Below, piece by piece: positions 50,118-63,772 of a DNA stretch of 64,000 nt. The first letter of the stretch is position 1; each line of letters opens with the position of its first letter. The notes below the pieces were generated by a model. The model saw only the letters and a program-made list of their open reading frames with translations, was not told where the DNA came from and ran no database searches. The DNA lies in contig LSRY02000030.1 of the NCBI GenBank assembly GCA_001643675.2, positions 744,001 to 808,000 of the forward strand. Reading direction: 5' to 3'. Source of the DNA: Monocercomonoides exilis PA203 (taxonomy: Eukaryota > Protista > Preaxostyla). The position numbers were made by a program, and so were the translations under genes.

Positions 50118-52837
50118 ATGGAAGGAAAATATGTTGGACAGACTTTAAATCACAAGCCACACGGAACTGGTAAGTACTATTTTCCGGGTGGCTTTTTTAT
50201 TTATGAAGGGGAATGGGAACAAGGACAACAGCATGGTTTGCACGATTGTTCTTCTTTAGATAAATAAAAGTCTTTCACACCACTTAAAAAAATCAATTCA
50301 ATATGATGTCTTGTTATTTAGGGCATGGAAGACTGTTATTTGGTGCGGAAGGAACAGATTTTTATGATGGTGATTTTCAGGAAGGAAGCATGACTGGGGA
50401 AGGAATACGTGTATGGTCCGATGGAAGAATGTATCAAGGTGCTTGGAAAGATGGAGAAAAAGATGGTATTGACGAAGATTAAATTATTTTTTGATGATTG
50501 AAGTATTTTTCTTAATTAATGCAATTTTTTAATTTTTTTCAATTATCAAAAGGTTTTGGAATATATGAAAGAATAGGAGTTAGTGAGGACAAGCAAATAC
50601 AAACTTTAGAAAGATATGAAGGAGAATGGAAGAGAAACTGCTTTTGTGGAGAAGGGCATTATATCCTTGAAGATGGAACAGAGCAAACGGGAACATTCAA
50701 AGATCACAAATTGCATGGCAATGGGCATTGCACGTACGGAAATGGAGATATTTATGAAGGAGAATGGGTGAAAGGAAAAAAGCATGGCTTTGGACGAATG
50801 AAAAAAGCGAATAGCGGATTGCTTCTTGAAGGAAAGTTTGAGGATGGGGTATTTAGCGAAGCAGTCGACAGCATGTGTATTGTGCGACCTGAAAGAGCGC
50901 AAGCTGATCTGCCATTGTTTCCCATTGTGGAGGCTGTGATTGTTGGGAAAAAAGGAGAAGGAGAAGATGACAAATCAAAAAATGAGAAGGATGACGAGGA
51001 GGATGAAGAAGCAGATGCATTGTTTGGCGGACCGAATTTGCTGAGTCTCACAAAAGGGAACAGAACAACCACGAGTTCGTCGTCGAAAAGCCTGACGAGT
51101 CTGAAGCGAGGAGAAAAAGGAGAAAAAGGAGAAAAAGGAGAGGTGAGTGAGAAGGAGAAAGCGAGTGATGGAGAGAAAGGGAAGACGAGGGGGAAAGGAG
51201 CAAAAGGAGGGAAAAGTGGAGGAGATGGAGAGGATTCAACGGCAGAGAAGAAAGCGAAAGGAGGGAAAACGAGCAAAGCAGAAGCAGAAGCAGAAAAGGG
51301 AAAGGAGAAAAAGGGGTCGAAGAAAGGAAGTGGATCGAAAGGGACGTTGGCGAGAGTGTTGGAAGTTGTTGATGAAGGCGACGAAGAAGAAGATGAAGAG
51401 ATGCGAAGAAAGAAAGAAGCAGAAGCAGAAGAGAAGAGGAGAGAAGCAGAGAAACACATTGAGGCGTTTCTTCCTCCGTTCGCAGTGCATTTGCAAGGCG
51501 CTGTGATGGATGTGAATGAAAGTGAAGCAGAAAAAGCACAAAAGTCAAATATTCAATCACAAATGAATCAGAACCAAAATCAGAACCAGAAGATGAATCA
51601 ATTAGGCAATCAGCAAATACCACAATTGCAACAGCCATCTCTTTCTTCATCGTCGAATGAGATTCCAAAGGAAGTTGATTCAGCCAACTCTCAACAAACA
51701 TCAAGTGATGGCGTTTCTTCCTCTTCTTCTTCTTCCTCTTTCTCATTCACTTCGCCTTCTCTTTTTGTGAACACACCCACACTTCCCCTTGTGATGGGAG
51801 AGTCGGGGCGTTTGATTGAGCTGAGGGTGTTTTTTGACCCCTTCACAGAAATAGCAGAGAGAGAAAGTGCAGACAAAGAGGCAGCACAGCTGAAGATGGA
51901 GTTGGAACAGGAAGAGGAGGAAAAAAGGAAAGCAGAGGAGATGAAGGAGAAGGAGAGGGAGAAGGAGAAGAAGGGGGGAAAGGTTTGTAGGGGAGGAGGA
52001 GGAGAGAAGGGGGAGCTTGGTTTAGAAAGAGAGAGATTTATTGATTTGATGAATATTCTTTTAAAAAAAATAAAAAAGTGAACATGAAGATTTTTTTTTA
52101 TTCATTCTTTATTTTCTTTTCTAAAATATTTTTAAATAATATTTTATAATTTTATTTTGTAATCCTTTTATCTCTTTCTTCTTTCTTCTTTCTTCTTTCT
52201 TCTTTCTATTTATCCAGGACAAAAACACAGGTGAGAAAGGATCATCAAAAGAGCAGAAGAAGAAGAGCAAAGGCGACCAAACCGACCGATCAACATCAGA
52301 ACTGAGCAACATTTTGACTGAGGAAGAGAAAGAAGAGAAAGAAAGGCAAAAGAAAGAGGAGATTAGACAGAAAGAGGAGGAAGAGAGGAAGAGAAGAGAA
52401 GCACGCGTGCCAGTGATGCTTGTTGGAGCGAGTGACATGTCAAATAATTTGACATGTTCACTTGCTCATCCAACGCCCACTTCATTGCCACCTTTTAGCT
52501 CTTCTTTGGCTTTGACTGCTTCTTCATCTTCCTCTTCTCATTCTCCTTCTCATTCACATTCTTCTTCCATTTCATCGCTTCATTCTTCTTCCACTTCCTC
52601 CTCTTCTTCCTCCTCCTCCTCCTCTTCTTCTTCTTCTCTTTCCTCTTCTTCTCAAAGCACTTCACAAGATGAGCAAGAAGAGAAGGCGAAAGAAGAAGTT
52701 AAAGTTGAAAGCATCGTTCGAATCATCCGAAATGGGACTGTTTCATTTGAAGGCATCAAAATTGGAGAGGAATTTCCGAAATACGGAAATTATATAGCAA
52801 TATTCACTGGTTTGTTGAATGAATAAGAAATGTTTTC

Positions 52838-52869
<32 letters not shown>

Positions 52870-53677
52870 CATTTTTATTTCACATTTTTTGAAGAAATGC
52901 TTATTTTTTTAATGATTATGTCAAATTATTTATTTATTATAATTTCTATTTTCTTTTTTTATTTATTGGCTGAATAAATAAACACTTATTATAATAATAA
53001 TTATTATTATTTTCCCAATTCTTCCATTTCCAATAGACATAACAAAATTCCCAGGAGGAGAAGAGACATCCACTGAATCGAATGCAACAAGCTCTTCATC
53101 CACATCCACATCGACAGCATCTCAATCTCAAACATCTTCAACAGCACCTCCTCTTTCTTCGCCTCAAACATCCAACTCATCTTCTCTTCCGGTTTTGATT
53201 CCTTCTTCATCATCTGCATTATCTATATTGTCATCATCATCATCATCATCATCTTCTTCTTCTTCTTCCACCACTTCCACTTCCTCTCTTTCTTCTTCTT
53301 CTTCCTCCTCCTCCTCATCTTCATCCAACCAGCAACCAACTCCCTTCACCCACACATCTCCTCGCCATCTGCCTCCACTTGAAGTCCCCTTTCGCCTCGT
53401 TTATCCTTCCACACTCTCTGTTGAGCTGTCAAATTGGTCGATAAAAGAGCAAAGGAGAATCGAAAACGAGAGAAAAGCTGCAGAAGAGGCGTGGCGACAG
53501 AGCGAAAGAGAGAAGGAGGAATTGAAGGAGAAGGAGAGGAGAGAGAAAGAGGAGAAGGAGGAAATGGAAAGGAGGAAGAATGAAGAATCAAATGAAAATT
53601 CTCAAACTTCAAAAACAGGTGGAAAGGGGAAAAAGAAATCGTCAGACACTTCAGACGAGAAAAAAAGTAGAAAATGA
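50118..53677 (+). CDS. MORN-repeat protein (MORN1-like); multi-exon
   Basis: MEGKYVG...HGTGKYYFPGGFFIYEGEWEQGQQHG, further YEGEW..G.KHG.G repeats, GESGRLIEL segment, charged and Ser-rich inserts. Confidence 0.85.
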
Positions 53678-53954
53678 ATAGTCTTTTGTTGATATTACAC
53701 AAATTTTACATATTTCATTGATTATATATATGTATCATATTTTTATCTTTAATATGATGATTTTTTTTTTATCAACCAAAAATAAAACTTAATTAAATCA
53801 AAATGTGAGCAAATTGTTTTTTCAAAATTTCATAAAATGAATCTCGAGCTTATAGTGTAATGCACATGTAGCTTTTTTCCGTAAATTAAATGTAAAACAC
53901 AAAGAAAATAGATCGCTTCATATTGAAATGATCTCACCCCTATTTATTTATTTA

Positions 53955-56292
53955 ATGACTTCGGGAAAACTCAATGGAGGGGCTAAGTATAAAACTGCTC
54001 GCATATTATTTTCAGCCTCCTCTATGTTTTCCAATCAAATGAACACTGCCCTTTCGGGGGCATTAATTAGTTCTCTTTTTGGAAGTTTGTGTAATTCATT
54101 AATTGTACTGTTTCAAAGAAATTATGAAAAATATTCACAACTTTAATTTGTAGAATTAAATGTTTCAGCTTGGATGCAACCAATTATATGGTTAATAAGT
54201 CCACTTTGTGGTTTTTGCCAGCCAATATTTGGATCATTTAATGATCGGATGTCAACACGCTTTGGCAGAAGGCAGCCCGTGATCTTACTTGGTACCTTGC
54301 TCACAATAATATCATTTGTTGTTTTTGGATTAGTGTTTCGCAATGGTCTGTTCTTTTTTTCTGACTTGATTTTTGAATTTTATTATGGAAACAGTGTTTT
54401 CGAATAGAAATTTGGCTATAAGCCTGAGCCTTGTGGCTTACGTTATTGATTGCATTGCACTGAATATCCAAATGCCCGCTTCAAGAGCGCTTGTTATGGA
54501 AATGTGTGGGAAAGAAAGGCAGTCACTGGCAAGTAATTCTCTTGCATTATTTATTGCACTTGGCAATTGTTCAACATATCTAATTATTGGTGTCATACCT
54601 GATCCGTTTTTCTACGCATGCATATTTGTTACAGTGATGACGCTTCCAACGTTAATTGCAGGGAAAGAAGATCCTCAAGCTTTTAAATCTACAAAGGCCA
54701 AAAAATTTCGCAAAGCAGAATCAGTCAGAACAGAAGCATCTCCTTTATTATTTACACCTCCTCAACAAAAATGTGTCTCTTGTGAAAGTGAAGTATCTCA
54801 ATCAGATTTTCCTTCTTCATTTCACTCGCCAATATCTCCTACAACGCCGAATCATTCATATCAATCAATTTCTTCATGTACTGACATTACACCAGCTCAC
54901 ATTTCAGAACAATCTCCTTCTCCTTCTGATTCTGTCTCTTCCACTTCATCGAATGAATTCACCTCGTCTGATTCTTCTTTGAAAAATGAAGCAGCAAGCA
55001 TGGAAGAAGGTTCTGCTTTTTCATCTTCTGATTCTTCTTCCGCTTCTTCTGAACTCGTCACAACATCTTCCTCACAATCTTCACTTTCCTCCTCATTATC
55101 TCCTTCTCCCTCTTCTTCTTCTTCTGTCAAGCATTTGCTTTCTGTCTGCATCAATCTCTTTCGGCACCCTTCCATTATCACTTTTACATGTGCTGTGTTT
55201 GCTCTTTCCTGGTTCGCCTTTCTTCCTTCCATTCCAATCCGCCTGTCGTTTGTGGCTGAGGTGTTCTACGATAAAAGCGACCCAGGGAATAACTTCTTTG
55301 AAACTGCTGAAAGTTCTTGTGAAGGCAACGATAACAGCAGTTTGCATATTTACAATGATTTTTCATTCTCTTCTTCTTCCTCTTCCTCTTCCTCTTCGTT
55401 TTCTTCTTTGAAGAAATATTCTGAAACTGCATTATCTGTTAAACCTCTTCTTTATCCACATCAAATGCATTCAGCATTCCATTCACCTTCACCTTCACCA
55501 TCACCAGCATCTTCAACTTCTTCAAATCTTCCTTTTTCTTCCTTTAAACACACTTCTCTCTCTCATCCACAACACCCTCTCCTTACACAACAGCCCACTC
55601 TTTATGACAAGGGCATCCAAATCGCCTCCTTCGCCATGATCGCCACGTCTTTCCTGTCAGCCCTTTTTTCAGCTGCAGCCCCTCTTTTCTTCCGTGCCAT
55701 TCCCGTCAACATCTGCTTTGCCTCTTCTCTCCTCCTCGCCTCTGCTGCCTCCTTCGCCTTCTTCTTCCCTCCTTCTTCTGCCCTCAGCGCAAGCCGTGTG
55801 TGGGCAGTGTTCCTGTGCTATTCGCTGGGGTTCTCTTTGTCCTTTGCGCTGCTGAATTCTGTCTGCTTCCTCATCATCGGCGAGGCGGTTGCCTCTTCTG
55901 ACGAGTACGGGCTGTATGTGGGCATCCTCAACGGCTTCAGTGTGCTGGGGCAGATCCTCGCGCTCGGCCTCTCGTCGCTGGTGCAGGCAGTTGTGGCGAA
56001 GGCGAGAGAGAAATTGCATCACAGTTGGGTTGAATGCGGGAGAACAGAAGAAATGAAGATGGAACTGATGGGAAAGTGGGTTGTGTCAAAGCACCCGTCT
56101 CAGTGGTATTGGCTGCAGTGCGGGGCTGCGTTTGTTTTCGCTGGCTTCTTCGCGTTTTTCCTGAAAAGAAAGAAAGCTGCCAAGAGCAAAAATCTTCGCT
56201 CGGGCAATTCTACTGATGAATTGAATTATTCACAAGATAATATTAGCGATGGAGACAAAAAATATCAACAGATGGAAACTGTTGTTCATTAG
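53955..56292 (+). CDS. MFS/GPH sugar:H+ symporter (SLC45/SUC-like); multi-exon
   Basis: IWLISPLCGFCQPIFGSFNDRMSTRFGRRQP, NIQMPASRALV, LSWFAFLP, YDKGIQ and GLYVGILNGFSVLGQI motifs with many TMs. Confidence 0.88.
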
Positions 56293-56634
56293 GAGTTCGC
56301 AGAAAATACTTATTTTTTTTCATTGTTAATTAGTATTATTGGAGTGAATTCTTGCGTTTATTCTTATAAAAAATGTAATTTGATTTGATCAAATATATTA
56401 CAAAATTATTTTATGTAAATTTTTATTAAAATTTTTGTTTTTCATTTTAATTTATTTTTAATTGCTCGCCAAATTATGTCTTCGTTATTTTATTTTTTCA
56501 TTTGTAAAAGAATAATTTTTGAAGTTTTCAGAAATATTATACATCCATTCAGGAAAAAACAAATTTACTAATGTTTAAGCTTTGGTTGAACATATAACAG
56601 GAATTCTTTAGTAATTATTAATTGACAAATATAT

Positions 56635-57222
56635 ATGCCAAAGAACACATCGCATCTGCCAAAGACATCTAAATCTTCTTCACAACACGATCCACTTGAG
56701 GATCTTTCACAGCAATCGAATCCCGTTGACCACTTGCATCACGTTGATCTTGTTCACCACATTGAACCGTCTTCACAGACATCAACCTCTTCCGCACAGA
56801 GAGTTCCAACACCAACAGCTTCTAATTTTTTGTATCAAGCAGAACCACTTCCACATATTCAACATGTGGGAAGCCATTCTCAACAATCATCATCGCATAA
56901 ACCGTCATTCAATGAGGAACAAATCCGTCAAAAAATATCTCATGAAGCTGAGTTGCTTTACAAAAATAGAAAAGCAAAGACTGGGAGAGAACAAAGCACA
57001 AAAGAAGAGATGGAACAAGATTGGAAGACTGCAGAAAGAGCCGTTCTTACAGATGTACTGGCAGATTTGATTCCACCTCATGCTTCAAGGAAATCAGGAG
57101 ATTTTATAAGCAGCGGTTTATCTAACGAACAATTGTGGGAAAGAGTCCGCTGCGAAGCAAGTGGTGAAACTGCAAGTCCATCTACGAGAAATGCTGTAGG
57201 AGCAGGTGTTGGAGGACACTAA
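56635..57222 (+). CDS. Hypothetical 195-aa protein with a DUF2934-like motif
   Basis: Intact single-exon ORF containing EEQIRQKISHEAELLY...EQDWKTAERAV. Confidence 0.65.
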   Translation: MPKNTSHLPKTSKSSSQHDPLEDLSQQSNPVDHLHHVDLVHHIEPSSQTSTSSAQRVPTPTASNFLYQAEPLPHIQHVGSHSQQSSSHKPSFNEEQIRQKISHEAELLYKNRKAKTGREQSTKEEMEQDWKTAERAVLTDVLADLIPPHASRKSGDFISSGLSNEQLWERVRCEASGETASPSTRNAVGAGVGGH

Positions 57223-57877
57223 ATTGAACTGCTAAATCATTAAAGAACTGTTGTTTGTTTCGTTTCGTGCATGCTTGACTTTTTTCTAGACATTTATTAT
57301 TCATCGAAACAAATAAATAAGAAATAAACATTTTCAAGTTTGCTTTCTCAAAATATAAAACATAAACAAGCTTGTTTTAAAAATTGTAAATCACTAAGTC
57401 AAATTCATTCTCGCATTTAGTGAAAGGATTAAGTCGTTTATTATAAATAAGACTTCAATCATTATTATTTATATCAGTTCAAGATTAAAAGTCTTATTTG
57501 CTCAAAACAACTGATAAATTTCCTATTTTTGAAACAAAATAAGAAAAAAACATATTTGAAAATAATTTGATTATTTCAAAAAATGAAAAGATAATTAATA
57601 ATAGACCTATTTTCATTTGTTTAAATCATTTGGCATTAGCTTTAGCCGAAGCCAAAAAGTTGAACAAAACTTCAATAAATGCAGATCTTTTTCAAAATGA
57701 TTGAGTCATTTGCGAAAAGTTGAACAAAATTCAGAATGATCACTTCTTTTCGAAACGACTAAATAATTCTCGAATAGGTCTTATGTGTTAATAATTTGTT
57801 TTTAAAGAAAATAACAAATAAAACATTAATGGGCTATTTGTTGTTTTTTAAAAAATAAGCATTTTCTTTCGTAGTCG

Positions 57878-59522
57878 ATGTCTTCGCTTTTATCGCCAGA
57901 GGACAAGAGGTATTCTTTTAAATGTGAGTGGTTTGATCCTGCTGCTGAGATAAATCGACCTTACATTTTATCGTATTTCATTCGCGACGGAACTGTTGAA
58001 ATTGTTTGAAAAAAAAGAATAATTTTTTGATTAAAAAGCAAACTTCATTTTTATGGCTCAATTTTATACAACTGATAAATTAATTATTTTAATATTTTAA
58101 ACAGTATGATGTGAAGAATCACAGAATGTTTTTAAAAAGATGCGCAGCTGGAGATATATCTGTTGGAGACTTATTTTTGGGATCCTCTGTTGTAGTTTTT
58201 TCGAGGCAATTTAAGTTGATTGATTTTGCTGATGAATCAACAAAAGAATCACTTCAAGCATCAAAGCAAAGATGTTGTATGCTCATTAAACCTGAAGCTT
58301 ACGATAAAGTTGGACAGATACTTGATCGGATTTACAAAGCTGGATTATATGTTGCTCAGATGCGAACATTTCGATTGTCTAAACAGGAATATCAAGAATT
58401 TTTCCATCAATATGAAATGCATCCTCAGTTTAGGTTGGCATTTTTAATTTTCCTTTTAATATCATTCAATTTTTTTTAGTGAATTAATTCAACGTTTGCA
58501 CAACGACCTTGTGATAGGGCTTGATGTTGTGGGGGATCGATGCATTCGGGTACTGTGGAGTATTTGCGGTGTGATAAAAGCGTTCATTGAATAACATACG
58601 CATAATTTTAATTTTATATTTATTTCAATTATTTTAACAATTGATTTTTATTTTTTAACATGTTTTATTGATGTTATTTGTTTTCTTGCTGATCATTTTT
58701 TTTATTTTTCATATTTGCCTATTTTATGCCCTCCTTTATTTTCATTATTTATTTATTTAAAGGCGAAGAAAATCCAGTTGAAGCTAGAAGGAAGTCTCCG
58801 GAATCTCTGCGAGCAGAATATGGAATTGATTGGGTTCAAAATGCAATTTATGTGTCAAATGGAATTGAAAGTGCAATGGAGGTTTTTATTTCAAATATTA
58901 ATTTTTCTTAAGCTAATTTAATATAATAATTTAGGAATTGAATTATCTGTTCAACAGGCCACATCCTTCAACAGCCATACTGACAAATTGCACTCTTTGC
59001 GTTATTCTTCCTCATATGATCCATCAAGGTTCAAAAAGCATTTTACATTTATTTTTTTTTTTAATTTCTTATTTCCTGAAAAAATATATCAATTTTTTTA
59101 AACATTTTATCCTTCTGATTTGCAAATATTTGGTAAATACCGTTTTGTTTTTGTTGTTGTTTTATTAATACACTTGATTATTGTTTTCAATTTGTTTACA
59201 ATTATTTATTCTCTTTATGTATTGTCTTTATATTTTATGTCATTTTTGCTTTGTAAATTATCAGGAAAGGGAGGAGAAATATTATCAGCAATTATCGATG
59301 AAGGATTCGATATTTCTGCAATGGAATTGTTTCATCTCGACAAAGGTTCGGCATTTGAGTGGCTGCAAGTTTATCAGCAAGTTTGGCCAGAGTTTACGGT
59401 GTGAATAATTTGAAGTGTAATTTTTTTGAAAGATCTATAATAAAAAAGAAATTCTATCTTGATTATCTTTTTTCATTTCATTTTATTTAATTTAATTTTT
59501 TTTTAATTTTTATTTTAATTTT

Positions 59523-59568
<46 letters not shown>

Positions 59569-60267
59569 TATTTATCACCGAAACGACTGAATCGTGTTTC
59601 ATTCTTTTTCTTTTTTTATTCATGTTTTTTGTATTTTTCTTATCTTTCAAATTTCTGGATTTATATATTTTTTTTCCATTTATTCAAACTTTGAATAGTC
59701 AAAAATTGACGAATTTTGCACAGGTCCTTGCATAGCCATCGAACTTCGAGGAGAAAATGTGTTTTCTGTATGTGTTTTTATTGAAAAAATGGAACTTTTT
59801 TTTGTGTTATTCTTGTACAAATATTTCATTAAACTTTATTTTTCTCTCTTTCTCCCATATTTTGTTTTCTTTTATCTTTTTATTCATTCATTCATTTGTT
59901 TGTTTGTTTATCATTGTATTTTCATGATATGTTTTCCTTTTGTTTCTCCAAAAGGAATTTCGCAAATTCTGCGGGCCTTATGATCCTGCAGTGGCAAAGC
60001 ATATTGAACCAAATTCTCTCAGAGCAAAATATGGAACCAACAGGGTGCATAATGCAGTGCATTGCACAGATTTGCCAGATGACACTGAGCTCGAAGTTTG
60101 AATTTTATTTAATGTGATCATTGTAATTAATTCTTTCAATTTGAATGCTTTTTTTAACTTTGCTTTATTTAATTTTTTTCTTCAAAAATGAAATTTCCCT
60201 CAATAATCACATATGTGCCATCAACCATTATTTGCAGTGCGAGTATTTCTTCCAAACTTTGCAATAA
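57878..60267 (+). CDS. NME7: Nucleoside diphosphate kinase 7 (DM10 + two NDK domains); multi-exon
   Basis: YSFKCEWFDPAA..YDVKNHRMFLKR (DM10), CMLIKPEAY, TNCTLCVILPH, GPCIAIE, REFCGPYDP..SLRAKYG..HNAVHCTDLPDD..ECEYFFQ. Confidence 0.93.
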
Positions 60268-60819
60268 CAGAAATTGCATCCATAACGTTTCACTCAGTTT
60301 TTCATCTCCTCTTCTTTTGTTCTAAATTATTATAATTGTCTTTTCCTTCACACTTTCATCTTTTTGTAATTTTGATTTTGATAATTCGTAACATCTTTCA
60401 TCTCACAAACTTATTTATAAACAAATCAATTGTTTCAAAAAATGAAAAGAGGTATTTTTTTAAACAGTATTTAAAATAATTTGCATTAGAAAAGGTTTCA
60501 ATTGCATTCGAATGTTCAATTTTACGTTTAGTCTTTTCAACGATCAAATACTCGTTTGTTCCATGTTTATTTTGTGATGAACAATTTTTTTTTTATCACA
60601 TTTGTTTATTTTCAAACGAAATAAAAAAGTCTTTTTTTTTGACCTAATTTCTGTTTCCACTGATGAAACTTCACTGAAATAGATCAAACAGCGTTATCAA
60701 GCAATAGATTCCATTGGAAAGATGCTCCATTCGTGGTACCCAATTTTTTCGTCAAATCCATGAATAAATAGATAAATAATGCAATGCCAAGATATTAGAT
60801 GAATTGTGAAATAAAAAAA

Positions 60820-60869
60820 AATTTCAAAATTATTGGGTTATTTTGAAATAACCCAATAATTTTGAAATT
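60820..60869. repeat. Perfect 24-bp-arm palindrome with a 2-nt loop
   Basis: AATTTCAAAATTATTGGGTTATTT-TG-AAATAACCCAATAATTTTGAAATT. Confidence 0.9.
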
Positions 60870-63772
60870 GTCTATGGAAATCTTGAAATTATTGGGGAAT
60901 TTTGCAATAACTCAGGTGGACAAAATTTTTTCTGTGAAAAAATATATTATGCATACTCATAAAGATTTTCAAAGCATTTTATCGAAAAATACGCTGCTGT
61001 TTTTTTAATTAAAATAAATTGAAAAGACTAATAAAAGATATTTTTTTGTGATTTTTAAAGATAATTCAAATAAAACCTTTTTTCACTACTGTTTTTTGAT
61101 AAACAATTGGGAAAAAATCACAATAAACGATATTCAATTCAATTTCAAATATTTTTTTGCGGGATTTCTTAAAAAAAAAAATATGATAAAGAAATTTTTC
61201 AAAAATAAAGATCTCATTGATGTATTTCAACAGCACAGCGTCTTTTCTGCAATTTCTCAAAGTATTTGCAACAATAAAAACAGCTATTTCCCTTCATTTG
61301 TCTTCAAGCTTCAGGTACAGCATTATTTCCTCTTTCTTTATCTTTTTTCTTCTCTTCTTTTTTATTTCTTGCAAACTATTTATTCCACTCAATTCTTCGG
61401 ACTGTGCATCATAATCATTATTGATTTAAAATAATTTTCTCATGTCCTTCCAATTTTCTGTTTTCAAAGATGTTCTGCTCCATTAAAATTCATTTTTCAT
61501 CGAATTGTGAAATGCCGCATGTTGAGTCCAAAAAAAGTCACATAAATATTTGCAACATAATTTATTCATGCTCGAATGTCTGTTATTTGTAAGGTTATAT
61601 TTGGCTCTCTTCCTCGCTGTCCTCCTCTGCTTCAAATAAATTGACTTTTGAAAAAATCGTCTGAATCACGACCTTGGAAATGATACGGATGGAAAAATCT
61701 TCACAATCAATGGAACAATAAAAAATACATACATTAAAAATTCTTCATTTCCATCGAAAACGTTGTTGCTCCACAGCATTCCAATAATCAAAACGCACAA
61801 TTTCATCCTCCATCAAACAGATATTCTTTTGTAATACCCCGCCTTTTCACTGGAAATATTTCACTTGGTCAACCTGTCTTTGTTTAAACCTCGGAATCTC
61901 ACCCTGTTGACAGTTTCTGAGCATTTGATATTGCTTGATCATGTTCCATAACAAATTTTGGCACAAAAGAAAAGAGGACACAACACGATGCATTGAAACT
62001 GAACGGGCATATAGATACAATGGATGAGCGGGAGAATGAATTTATTGTATGGAGTGATGGAGTCGAGTTCTTGGAGGAAACAGGGTTTAGAGAGGGAACG
62101 GAACGATTAAAGGATATTTTTTGTGGAAAAGAGGTGTTTTTGGGAGGTTTAAGAGGCAAAATGGATGTGTGGGAGATGGATAAGGATGAGGTTGGGAGGG
62201 GTTATTTTTGAGATTTTTGCTATTGGGAAGGAGTTGAGGCAGTGTTTATTATTTGAAGAATGAAATTTGATGTGGAGGAGGTGGAATGAGGAGGAACAGA
62301 GGGGCGGAAGATGAGTGGGGTGAATAGAATATATTATCTTTGGAGGGGGGGATGAGAGTTGGAAAGGAAATGGAGAAGAAATGGGGAGAAAATGTTTTTT
62401 TTTATGTATCGAGAGAAGGAGGAGGCACATGAGGCAGAGCAAGGAGAAAAGATTTTGCGGGAGTATGTTTGATAAGAAGGAAAAGTGGAGTTGAAGAAAA
62501 ATAAGTGAAATGAAATTTTTTTTCAAATTTTTATCTAACTTATTCTGTGAACCGTTTGGATGCGCCTTGTATTTGCAGGGCAAGGGATGGATGCGGAGGA
62601 AGAGGAAGACAGGAAGAAGGAACATCGAACGCAACACTTTGTTGTGGGGGTGTGGAGGCAGAGGAAGATGAGGGGTTTACCACGAGAGGGTGTCTTGCAA
62701 TGGAAAGAGACAGAAAAAAGATGGAGGTATTTAATTCTGATTAGAAGAAAGATGCAGGGAGAAGAAGTGACAGGGAGTAAAGTGGAATGGATTTTGGCAA
62801 AGGGATTGTGATATTCGGTGGGGTGTTGTTGTTGTGGTTTTGAGGGGAAATGGAGAGAAGAAGAAGGCGATACAGTTGAAAGGGTATATGAGAAGGGGTT
62901 CTTCTGATGAAATCCACACATTTGCAAGTTTTTTTAAAAGAATAGTGTTTGTGGTGGTTATTTGAGTGGATGAAGAATACAGAATAGCGCATTGAATTTT
63001 TTTGGAAGGCAGAAAGGAGGTGATAATACTTTCATTGAAATAAACAAGAGAAATGGATCAAAATAGTTTTGAAGATTAAAGGAAATGATATATTGAGAAG
63101 AAGAATAAGAGGATAACGAAGAAGCAACAATATTTGCAGTTTTTGATATCATTGATAACCTTAATAGCGTTGCATAATTACAACTTATTATCAAAATCCA
63201 AATTGTTTTTGTTTTTAACTAACATGACTTTTTAACAAGCAATGGAAACATTCCACCCCACCCCTCCCCTCCCAGGAAATATTCATAATTGAAAAAAAAT
63301 CAATATTTAAAACATTTTTGATTTCTTTTTTTGCTCTCTTCTTTCATATTTTATGTATTCTGAAGATTTTTGCAAATCAGTAATTTTTAACCATTTTATT
63401 GAAATTTTGAAATGTTTTGAATAATGACAATCATTTATTGTTCATGAAAACATTTTAATAATTTCATAAAACGTAAAATAATATTTATTTTCTCAACGAT
63501 CTTTTCATAAATACGAAAAATGATATATTTCGCAAAATTTTTTGGTGAATGTTCTGAAAATTATTCATTTGATATTTGAAAAATAGTTGTGATAAATTAA
63601 CAGCTCTTTTGATTTCCACAATTTTAAGGAGAAAATTTTGTGATTTTCCCACAATTAATTTTTTACTGGAAATTTGTTGGTGAAACTTAAAATAACTGCC
63701 TTATTTTCAAATCTTCCAAAAATTTTCAAAATTACTCGATTATTTCAAAATAACATATACGAATTTCAAATT
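60820..63772. mobile_element. Possible old, degraded DNA transposon relic
   Basis: A degenerate inverted copy of the 60820 palindrome lies at about 63721-63772 (AATTTTCAAAATTACTCGATTATTTCAAAATAAC...). The interior looks like stop-riddled coding sequence. Confidence 0.35.

Noticed and set aside
51110-51145. Collagen-like GEKGEKGEKGE
   Set aside because: Too short; a simple repeat expansion
46853-56022. Antisense and alternative-frame ORFs over GAA/TCT repeats
   Set aside because: Trinucleotide low-complexity shadows of real genes
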